64,000 nt of DNA, taken from Eimeria praecox (taxonomy: Eukaryota). A model generated the notes under the pieces. That model worked only from the letters and a program-made list of their open reading frames with translations. It ran no database searches and had not been told where the DNA came from. This document shows positions 34,713-44,833 of the stretch, piece by piece. Where the stretch lies: contig OY986946.1 of the NCBI GenBank assembly GCA_963920595.1, positions 7,564,001 to 7,628,000 of the forward strand, read 5' to 3'. The first letter of the stretch is position 1. Every line of letters begins with the position of its first letter. The translations under genes were made by a program, and so were the position numbers.

Positions 34713-37116
34713 CATATCCTCGTGTGCCTGGTCCTCTATACACAAGAACGTGAAAAAGAAAAATAACGGCGAGCAGGAACAGCCGGCCTACGGGTAGGTG
34801 CCGCTGCACATGCTGCTGCAGCTGCTGACCCGCTGCTCACGACAGGGGGACCGTCAACTGGCGTGGTCGCTGGTAAACGACGGCATTTCATGCCGTTTGC
34901 ACTTGTCGAGAAAGCCATTTTGAGCGAGAACCCCACTATATCTCAACATCTAAGAGAACAAGAGCAGGGCCCAACGGCCCGGAAGGCGGGGGCGCAGACC
35001 CAAAAATAAGAAAGATAGGTGCTGGGGGCAGCGATGCCCTGCAAGTAGCGCATGATGACAACGGCATGCGAAAGATTAAAACCAGACCCGAGTAGCCCTC
35101 AGGATCATGTTTGCAAACTAGCCTACGACAGCATGTGCTCGGACACACAACGATCGGTAAAAACGTAGGTTTAGGCAGAGCTGCACGCACCCTTGTGTAC
35201 AGGTGCTGCCGCTAACCAGGGGAGAGCCGCTAGCCTATCTATCTTTGACTATCTTGAATTTGTGCACGTAAGCAGTCAACAAAAGCCCACTCGAGTTTTC
35301 GGTTCCCTGGCCATTTGACATAAGATTCACATTGGTGTTGGCCTCTGTGATTGGATTAAAGTGTGTCCAGAATCTCGGTCGCCTCCAGTTGTTCTTTCTC
35401 TCTGTTGCGTTGCTGAGGTTTACCGCTGAGAATGTTAATTTCCTCAGAAAGTTCAGGGAAACGTTGAAATCTCCCCCGAGCTGACAGTATGCTGGCATCG
35501 CCATGTTGAGGATACGCTCACTACGCAAACCAACACTTTAACCCAAGAGCAAACAGAGAAGGGCCCTATCCAGCACGTGGGCAGTGCCTTCGGTTGATGC
35601 TTCTCCTACGCAGTTCGAAAGCGCTGCGAATCCGCAATAAGCAAGTCGCCTTAGTTGATAATTATTGCTGGATATCGTTTGATATGGTTTCTTGCATTTC
35701 GTCCCTGAGCCTTATTCATGCAGTCCTACGCTGGTCCAAGCTGTATATGGAGGTCACTGGCTACAGGCTTACGACAGGGGCGCTCGGCAGCCAGCTTTCA
35801 TGTCGAATCAGCCCAAGGCGTTTCAGTGTAGAGGGGGGGTGCAGGAGAGCAATGAGTCGAAGAGTGCACTGCTGCATTATAAGCACCGGCTGCAGAGGGA
35901 AGGAAATCAAGTCGTTTTGATGAATAGCTTGTTTCCCTTCGCTGTGCAGTATAGAGTCGCAAATACTGCGCCAACCACAAGTGTGCTATTGATGCACTCA
36001 TCTTGATCGTATGCCTCTGCTGTTTCGCCGTGGTCATGGTAGGCGTCACATTAAGGTGCTTCACGTTTTCACTCCAGAAAGCGATAAGAGACTTCTGGTC
36101 CTTCCAGCATTGATATTTTCTTGAGAGGCGTGCAGCTTTCAGACGCAAATTAGTGATATAATTAGGCCGCTCCCTCTGCTGCAACTGAACTCGAGCAGGG
36201 CATAAACTGGGCGTATCTGCATATTTTCTGAGTCTGTCGCAAAGCAAGGTGCTGTCGCTGCCTCGAACTGCTGGTAGGCCCACTAAGAAATGCATGGAGA
36301 TGCACACGTCGGGATCTAGAGACATGGCACGAGAACACTTTTAAGAGTGTGCTGCTAAATTGTGCTGCTGGCATTTCGGCTGAGAGAGGGCATACCCATC
36401 AGCGGAAGGGCGCATGCTAGGCCGCCAAGAGGACATAGCAACCAGCTTCACCGTTCTGTTGACACAACCATGACGCGCAAAAGAATGTGCGTGCATTTTG
36501 CGCACAATCTCTGTGCGAAGTGAAGCTTGAAAGAATAGTTGGCGGAATCCACGTTTCATTTGGTACCACAAGAGATCGTTGTCAGCGCTGTGGTGTTTAT
36601 GACTTTGCCTGTTGTTTATCTTAGAGCGAACTGCAGCCGCATGAGAAGCTAAGGAGTAAGAATAACTCAATTTAGAGAGGAACCGGGAAGTGTGGCAGGT
36701 ACGAACAGTTGCAGAACACAGTGCTTGACCGGTAGGGCTTCGAGAGACTGCATCTGCAACCATGCTGGTGATGCACTTGATATACTTGACTGCCAAGTCG
36801 TACTCCAAAAACCGCCAATGCTACCTTGCAGCTCTTTCATTATCACGGTCTTAGAAACTGCTCCCAGGTGTACTGAGTAGCGGAATCTGTTCCTACTACG
36901 TGTACGCCGTATGCAAGTACACCTAGTGGGTACAAACTCTGCGCCCTATGATAAAATCCCAAGAATATACCTTAAAATATCTTAAATAATCAGATAACAT
37001 TCCTTTGAAATATTCAAGTTTCTCTGTAGAAGGAAAATCCCAGATTAGCAGAGCTGCCTCCGATCTCGCAGAGGGTCAGGGCCTGAGGTGCACGCCGGCC
37101 TTATACCCAGCTCTGG

Positions 37117-39773
37117 TGTAGTGCACGGGCACTACAAGGGGCTCCCCGCTACGCTTCTGGCCAGTACAATCGTTATAAAGTACACTGCGAAGAATATTTA
37201 GTATATATTACGGAGCTGTTAGACCGCTCTTGTGGCTGAATGGGCAGCCTTTGTCTACAGCCCTTAGGATTTGGGGCTGGCGGGTCCTTCGAAGCTTGCC
37301 TCTTAGAGGGTGAGGCGCGCGGTCGTACCTCTCTTTGAGGACAAGCAGACTTTTAAGAGAGACTTTTAAGAGAGGGACTTTTTAAGGAAAAACTTTCTAA
37401 GAAGCCGACTCTTGGACCTTGAATAGTCGGTGTTTGGTGTTTAATGCTTTCTAGTAATGTATTCGCAGAGATATGAGTTAGATAGGTAGTGTGCACCTAC
37501 GTTGCGCAGAGCAGAGTTTCGCGTAGCGCCAGCTGAGTGACTAGGCTGTTCACTACATCTGGGGGCTGGTCCAAGAAACGTTTAACTCGAAATCTCTTGC
37601 ATTCGGTGTAGAATCCGCGACAACAGTCGCTGTTGAACAGGGACGTTGTAGGATCCAAGCGGTCGGAGGCCAATGCGCAAATGAACCTGCGCAACGGGAT
37701 GATGCTACCTGAGACCTCCTGCACTTATGTTGAGCCCGCATTTGTGACAATTGATGAGTCATTTCCTCACCTGTCTCAGGATGTGTCGTCAAGACGGGCA
37801 TTCACCTATGCAACAGAAAGATCCTAAGCGGTAACTCAGGCTCGGACCCGGAAAGGAGAAAATTCCTATACGAGCGTGAATTGGTTGTAGAAGATGAGGA
37901 AACACCCATCGTTCCGCCGAATGGACTTTTCCCCCGGACGTCAAGGGTGTGCTCGTACACGACAGCGTGTCACGAAGAGCCACAGCACAAGCTTAACTTC
38001 AGGATAGTGTCGGAAGATGGCAGGCTGACCAGGCGCCAACAGATGCTGCATGATCTGCCGCAAGCGAAACGGAGAGGGGAGAAGGCAACGGAGGGAACTC
38101 CGCCTGTAGAATACAATGGTTAAGAGAACCGAAGTATGCTATGAATGTAAGGATATAGGGGTTCTATGCGCTGTAGTGCGTGGACGTAATGACATTCCAG
38201 TCTCCCCGGAGTGGGCGACGAAGATATTTGGCGGGTCAGGCCCGTTACGATAGAGGTTACTGAAATCGAAGAGTATCTGCAGACAGTGGGAGTTCAGCTA
38301 CAGGTGGAGGCCACCACGGATGAAGTGGAAGAGATGCGGCGAGTAGAAAACGGCCTTTCCAGAAGATAGGCAGAGGGAACGGACGAGTCTAATTATCCAA
38401 CTGATGAGAGTGTAGTGACGCCAAGGAGGCGTGAAGTTAGTGTGTTATCAGAATCTAAGAAGGGCGGTATATTGTGCAACGTGGGCATTACCGCTGTTGT
38501 AAGAGTAGATGTGGCTGGAAGCCACGGCGAAGCGCTTTTGGGTACGGAGGCCTCTAAGAGTTTCATTAGTCAGGAGAGAGTTGCACGTTTACAGATGAAG
38601 GCGCAGCGAGCTTCAGAAGAGTGTATGTTTACAGCGGTCAATAACGAACAGATGCGCGTTGATCGTGTTGTCATGAGATCGAAGACGTGGGGTGGAGGAG
38701 AGCGTTCCACGGGAGATTTCTTGAGGGGGTTTGGTCCCGACGAAGTTCTGTTAGGGCTTGCTTCGTCGACCACGCAAAGAGTGGCGTGGTCTCTTCAGTC
38801 GAACAAGCTGCGACCCCACATGAATGAGACGTGGGACGGGCTAACGGTAGCTCGGTCATGTGCAGAAAGGCAAAAGGGAGGCGGAGGGTAAGGCAAATGC
38901 GGAGGGAAGGCACCGCATACTGGCTTCTCCGGAAGCAGGAAAGACAGTGCGGGTATGTATCATCGATGAGCCTTGAGGGGGACTCTGCTATACATGGATT
39001 GGGGCTCCGCCCCCCGCCAGTCAGCCATATCAGCAACCAAGCTCATAAGAACTCAATAGCAGACGGAGGTGAGGAGGAGTCACCGAAGGCCGAGACACAG
39101 CTGGATATTTTCAATCTGATGAATGGATGCTGACAGCAGAGGCGGAATGGATCTCTGGGGAGATCCTCGGGGTGTTGCGGGACACCGGAAGATCGCATTA
39201 GCGGCAAGGCTGCCGCCAAAGCGCTCTGACGGTTATCACACCTTCCTTGTTCCCGTCTTAATTCAGGCCTACAGGCCTACGCTCTGTGTGGCGTGTTGTT
39301 AGTCTTTCTTGTTGTGAAGGGAGAGGTATTTAGTCCGAGCGGGGGGGAAGTTGTAGTGCACGGGCACTACAAGGGGCTCCCCGCTACGCTTCTGGCCAGT
39401 ACAATCGTTATAAAGCGCATTGTGAAGAATATTTAGTACATATTAAGGAAATTTTAGACAGCCGTTGTGGTTGAATGGGCAACATCTGCCTACAGCCCTT
39501 AGGATTTGGGGCTGGCGGGTCCTTCGAAGCTTGCCTCTTAGAGGGTGAAGCACGCAGTCCTACCGCTTTGAGGACAAGCAGACTTTTAAGAGAGACTTTT
39601 AAGAGAGGGACCTTTTAAGAAGCCGACTCTTGGACCTTGAATAGTCGGTGTTTGGTGTTTAATGCTTTCTAGTAATGTATTCGCAGAGATATGAATTAGA
39701 TAGGTAGTGTGCACCTAAGTTGCGCAAACCAGTTTCGCGTAGTATCAGCTGGGTGACTAGGCTGTTCACTACA
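37117..39773 (+). mobile_element. Non-autonomous two-LTR retroelement, 2657 bp, with decayed gag/zinc knuckle/protease only
   Basis: LTRs 37117-37557 and 39352-39773 have TGTAGTG...CACTACA termini and are about 92% identical by manual count. PBS TGGGGGCTGGTCC at 37560; polypurine tract GGGGGGGAAG at 39341-39350; flanks TCTGG/CCTGG. Internal CYECKDIG knuckle remnant (~38138) and retropepsin-like EALLGTEASKSFIS (~38530). Confidence 0.93.
37560..37572 (+). promoter_or_regulatory. Primer-binding site, tRNA-Pro-like
   Basis: TGGGGGCTGGTCC begins 2 nt after the 5' LTR. It matches 12/13 positions of the tRNA-Pro PBS TGGGGGCTCGTCC known from MLV. Confidence 0.75.
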
Positions 39774-42700
39774 CCTGGCTTTGTGCATGCTGACGAGCAC
39801 TCCGAGTTTGATAGTCCATATATTCTATCTAACATGTTCTACTCTATCTATATTAATGCTATATTTGTTACTGTTCGTCGAGCTAAACATCTAGAAGTCC
39901 AACTTGAGCTCCATTGTAATGGTTCCGCGCTACACCAGGCGCCTCAGGGATTCAGGGCCGGTTCGAGCAGGGAAGTGCCTGCCATAAAAATAATGTCAAC
40001 AGTGTTGTACGCCCCTCCAGAAAGCTTAGAGTTCCTTCTCACGTACCGGATGCTTCACGTACCTTTCCATAAATCAGTGTGAGTGACAGGCTACTGTTGT
40101 GTGCTTTTTCGAATCGGTGGCTTGCTGAGAGAGCTGCCTTCCAACTCCTGCTTCGCTGACGTCTGTTCTTAGGAAGAAACGCTTCCCGAAATCAGAGAGC
40201 GCCAGCAGTGAAGAGGATATCAGGTGTTCGATGAGGCGCCGGGTGGTTTAGTCTTCTTTCTCCATCCACGCAAGTTGTTTGTCCTTCATAAATAGCTCTG
40301 TAGAGGGAAAGAGGTGCGGGCCACACCAAGAATGAACTTTCCGTAGTCCCATGCGAGACCGAGCAACTTATGAACGAACGCCCGTGCGACAGTACTGAGG
40401 TAGCGGTTATGTCTTAGCCGTTTCTATATTCAAAGATTCTGGTTCAGGCCGTGCTGCAGAGACATCAATTCGTACGAAACCAGCGTTTTTAGTAAAAGCC
40501 GAACACTTCTGTGCTTTGTTGAACCGCTGCTTCCCGTGTAGCAGTTGCACATCACGCCGCAAGCGCTGCTAGTGCACTTGCACAAGGCAGCTGAGCACGC
40601 GAAAATCATCCGTGCAAAGTGCCACCTACCCCTTGTGTATTGGCCCAATAATTCGCGCTTTCCATGTAGCCACAGTTCGGCAGGTGCGTGCACGAGCCCA
40701 AAGGCTACATAGATATACTCTACCTTGCGCGTGCGGGTATGGAATGCAGTTTTGTGCTCATCGTCTGGACATATTGGGATCTGCAGAGACGGGTCAACGT
40801 AGTCATATGATGAATATACTGCTGAACCCTGAAAGCGGTCAAGTAATTCGTTGTTCTGTGACGCCGGCAACTTCTATTTCATCGTGGTTTTGCTGAGGGG
40901 CATGAAGTCGACGCGCATTCGCCACCCCTAGTCATTTTTCTTCGCCAGCAACGCGTTGTGTCCAAACCCGCTAGTTGGCAGTTGAGTCTTGCTCTTTTGA
41001 GCAGTTCTTCTGCTTGCCATTCGTTTTCCTGTTCAAGATACGGAGGATGTCAGCGCCTTACAACAATGCTTGGGACTGCTCCGAGAGTGAGTTCGATGCG
41101 GTGGTGCCTTGGGCTACCAGCGGGTGGCCGGCCCGCCGGACGTTATTTGCTATTGATTGTATCTGAGAACTCTTCCTTCAATTGTGCCCACTTCTGCTGC
41201 CCTGTAAATGCTGACGCAAAAGAATCCCCCGAGCCTGCGGTCCTCGTAGGACCACCATGACTGCGTTTCTCCGTCGATCGTTGCAGTGCCTCTGCGATCC
41301 GTAGGAGCCTCCTCGTTTCTGTCTCTCTGGGGCACTTATTCCAGTACTTTTATAGTGGAGGGCTTAAACTCTGTTGGAACCGCTGACGGGTGTACACCCT
41401 CATCGCTTCCCCACGTATCTACCTCAAAAGCGCCCTTTCCAAGCCGCAGGCGCGCCCTCCACAAAGTGACCCACGGCATGCCTAGAATTGTATCAGTGTG
41501 AATCGATCCAACATAGAAGTCCCGCGCCATAATGATATGACCAGTTTCTGTATAGAGCACGCACTTCGGGGCTTATTACTTTACTGATTCCGGTGGCCTG
41601 CCGGCCATCCGCACAACGCACACATAGAGACTGCGCCAACAAATGAACTGATTGGCTGCATCTCCTCACCGTACCCTCAGATAGCAGATCCAATATCAAT
41701 GCCAATTAATACTACCAACTGCTGGCCGCTAGTACGAGCTTGGATAAGCGCTGAGTTCACCCGAGGTGGATGCGTAGGTGTGGCTGTGTGAGGGCATCAC
41801 AGCACTGTATGCTGCATGGGGGCCCGGGCGTTTTCTTGTTTGTTTTGTTTTCTTCCCGCTTCTTAAAGTCTTGACTCATGTTTCTTAGCCTTCTTTATGC
41901 GTATCCTATCTCGGATTAGGTAACCGTTTATTGCAAAAGAAGCAAATACGCTGCTCAGTACTTCCTCCCAGTTTCCTCGGTGCCGAACTCGCTGCCTACT
42001 GTCGGTTATCCTTTGTATTCCCTTTCTGGACTAGTCTAGCATTCACAGCCCCAGTATCGGTACGCTCAAGATCTGGGTCGCTTTCTTGTCCACTTTCTTT
42101 TTTCTCAGCAAGGGCTGTGTGAGAGACGTTTTTCGTTTCTTGTATGCGGAAATGCATCACTATCTGGGCGAAGTTAAGCGCTTCGTCCTTTAGTTCCCTC
42201 CCTACGGCCCATCCGGTTACCAGCTGCCTGTGCCTAGCGGATAACTCTGCTATGAAGCAATCATATAGGAGCTTCCGGTTTGGTGCTAGACTTCTGTTTG
42301 CCATTGTCTGATGTTCCTCGATGTAAAGTTCAATTGGTTCCCTTCCTTGCACAAGTTTTCACAGTCCCACAATAGCCTCTTCCCCTACAGACTGGAGACT
42401 AAACATGCACCGCACAGCATCGCGCAAGACTTGCATGATCTTGATGCTTCCCAGAAAAGCGGAACCTTTGCTGAAAAGCAACCGCCATTGTCATGCGTTC
42501 CCTTCGAATACGGAAGATGCTAAAATCAAATGAAGATCTTCCGGCGCATTTTGAAGACGAAGGCACAGACGGAGGTAACAAAAGAACTCCTCTACTGCCT
42601 CCGCATCTCGGTGCCTGTCATATCTGAATGGTCGGCAGAAGCGGAGGTATTCTTCATGAATTGTTCTTGGTGGAAATGCACTTTCTGCAGGAAGTGATGG

Positions 42701-42940
42701 GGAAATCGAGCTTGTCTGTGCTCGGCAAGGCTCTCAACCGTGAGTCCTCTCCCCACGCGAGGGCAGATGATAAATAGTCTTCATGACGCAAGAAAAAAAG
42801 GCCTAGGCTTTGACAAGGAGTTCTCCAGAAAACGTTTAAGGTCTTTTCCCCAGTTGCTTTTTTCTTTTCCACCAGTTATCGCAGCATGCTAAGCTCCCTT
42901 GCAGAGGTTTGCAGGTTCGTTGCGCGCACCTGGCTCGGTG

Positions 42941-42958
42941 AACCACGCGATGCTACCA
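42941..42958 (-). promoter_or_regulatory. Primer-binding site, initiator tRNA-Met-like
   Basis: Minus strand TGGTAGCATCGCGTGGTT begins 2 nt after the 5' LTR end. TGGTAGCA...TGGTT fits the complement of eukaryotic tRNA-iMet 3' ends (recalled, not aligned). Confidence 0.7.
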
Positions 42959-42960
42959 AG

Positions 42961-43297
42961 TGCGACAAGAGTCCTCGATTTTAGCTGTGAACCCTCACGA
43001 GCTTCAATAGAGTCAATATGTAGAGAAAAAGTTCGTAAAAAACAGTTGAGTCCCCCTCCGGCCACCAACACTCCTGGGCGCTGCTGGCCAAGGAAGTATG
43101 CTGCTGGGGCACGGACAGGCCTGTGGTGCAGCTAGGGCTGGAAGGCAGCCCTACGTGCACGGATAACCGTCGTCCCTTTGCTGCAGGCGGTTGCACTTTA
43201 GACAGTAGCTTAGATTGTTTCTAAACACTTACTGAGTCCTCCATAGCGGGCATGCAAGCAACTCAGATTACGAGTGCCAACATTAGGCAAAGCTACA
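42961..43297 (-). repeat. 5' LTR of the outer chromovirus
   Basis: Adjacent to the PBS; homologous to 34334-34712; TG...CA ends. Confidence 0.75.
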
Positions 43298-44833
43298 CAC
43301 GTACACTGCTGCTGCGGCAGAAGAGGCAGTTGCCGCAAGAGTCACGAGCAGAAGCAAGAACCAACAGCACCAACGCCTGTACCCTACCAACGCCTGTAGC
43401 GGCTGTACGCTTCATGCCAGAAGCCAAAACCCTCGTGGTCCCCTTCCCGTATTGGTGAACTGTTATTGCTGCTCTAACGGTTGTTGCTATTTTGGCCACT
43501 GGTAGAATTGCTGCTGCTGTTGCTGAAGTAAGTTTCTTCATTAGAACGATGCATGCATGCAAATGGCCTCCACCTCCAATAACAGGGCCCACAATATAAA
43601 CAACACGTGCACCTCCTTAAGTGCACCGGCGGCATGAAACAGGTCACAACGGTTCACAACGATCCATGGGGCGCATGCCACCTACTTGTACTGTTGCTGC
43701 CGCCTTTGAAATCCCATCTTGAAAGATTTACGTTACGTTGCGTCAAATAATACGCACTTGGGGCAGGAGCAACAGCAGTTGCTGCTGGCGCAGCTCTCGC
43801 CAGAGCTTGAATGTTCAGTCAGGCTTTTAATGCTAGCTCCGCTCCCCCTTGCTTTCCTTTTGCTTTTAGCGTGCTGCTCAAAATTGCGTGGATGGATATG
43901 CGTAGGCAGAATAAAAAATCAAAGGCATTGCGCAGGAGCCCCGTGCAGCCGTCTGCACGGAATGGTAGTGGCAGCAGCAGCTGCTGCAGATCTTGATCCT
44001 GGAGAAATCGGCGCCGGATTGTACTGCAGAAACACTGGCATTTTTGTCTAGACGCTTTTATTTTATGGCTAACCCATCTGCATGGTGTTTATTCGGCTGG
44101 TGAGTTACCTAGGGTGTGCATGTGTTTAAGATGAGGCGCTGCGTTGTCGGCAGCAGCGGGAATGGCTAACGCAATGAACTGCTCGCAGAACTGCTGCAGC
44201 CTAGCTAATGCTGCAGAATAAGTTCACTAGTTACGAAGACACATATAGGAAATTTTGTAAGAGATAATATTGAGCAGAACGAGAGCTGCAGTGGAGGGAC
44301 TCAAAGCAGGAATATATCGACGAAGAGTGGGTGGGAGATAGGGGACGAAGGCTAGAGGCAACAGTAGGCAGGCAACTGGATGCACCGTGGCGGGTGCTGG
44401 TATCAAAGGTACAACCATAAACCGACAGATGGTGACAGCGGATGCGTCCCTCCGACGTGGAGTGAGCATCGGTTGCAGACTCGGTTGCACAGGAGGACAC
44501 AGAGGAACGAGGGGAGGCAAGCAAAAAGAAGAGAACCACACCACAAATTAACGAAGAGACACAGATATACAGCGGAGGAGACAACGTTGCACAAATGCCC
44601 TTGGAAAAGGTATAGTAGGGGGCAGGTTAGACTGACGACACAACCTGTTAGACGGCGAACTCAAACTGATCTATGGTTGCTTAGCTGAATAGGATGGCAT
44701 GCACAGAAGAAGGAAAGTACAGACTCTAACCGTTCTAACTGTTTTTACTGCCTAAAATTGGCCCCCGAAAGAGTCTGTGTAACCGCATTCTGCAAACGTG
44801 AGAAAAGAGAGAAGCAAAAGCTGCTTGCCACCA

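Larger units (their letters stand above)
36869..39934 (-). mobile_element. Solo LTR of about 400 bp (36869-37116 plus 39779-39934), inserted in the RNase H of the outer element and itself interrupted
   Basis: TGTA...TACA termini are flanked by a perfect 5-bp direct repeat CCAGG (36864-36868 and 39935-39939). Removing it rejoins RNase H-like sequence (GRHFPARTGPESLRRL to FLEYDLAVKYI). Confidence 0.8.
34334..43297 (-). mobile_element. Decayed full-length Ty3/Gypsy chromovirus (LTR-PBS-gag-PR-RT-RNase H-IN-chromodomain-LTR), interrupted by nested insertions
   Basis: Minus-strand remnants occur in gypsy order: gag (~42550-42000), zinc knuckle CFFCNK (~41945), protease ALIDIGS (~41700), RT ELLDRFQGSAVYS..QIPI..DEHKTAF...AFGLVHAPA (40870-40670), LLGLAWDYGKFI (~40350), RNase H (39990-39935 continuing at 36868 into EYDLAVKYI..VADAVSR), integrase H-H-C region and ISMHFLVGLP (36500-36250), WIGPF/FNVSL (~35570-35455), chromodomain EATEIL..SYVKWPG (~35390-35280). 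There are many stops and frameshifts. Confidence 0.9.

Noticed and set aside
37347..37402. GACTTTTAAGAGA direct repeats as a CRISPR-like array
   Set aside because: These are short tandem units without spacers, inside an LTR, in eukaryotic DNA.
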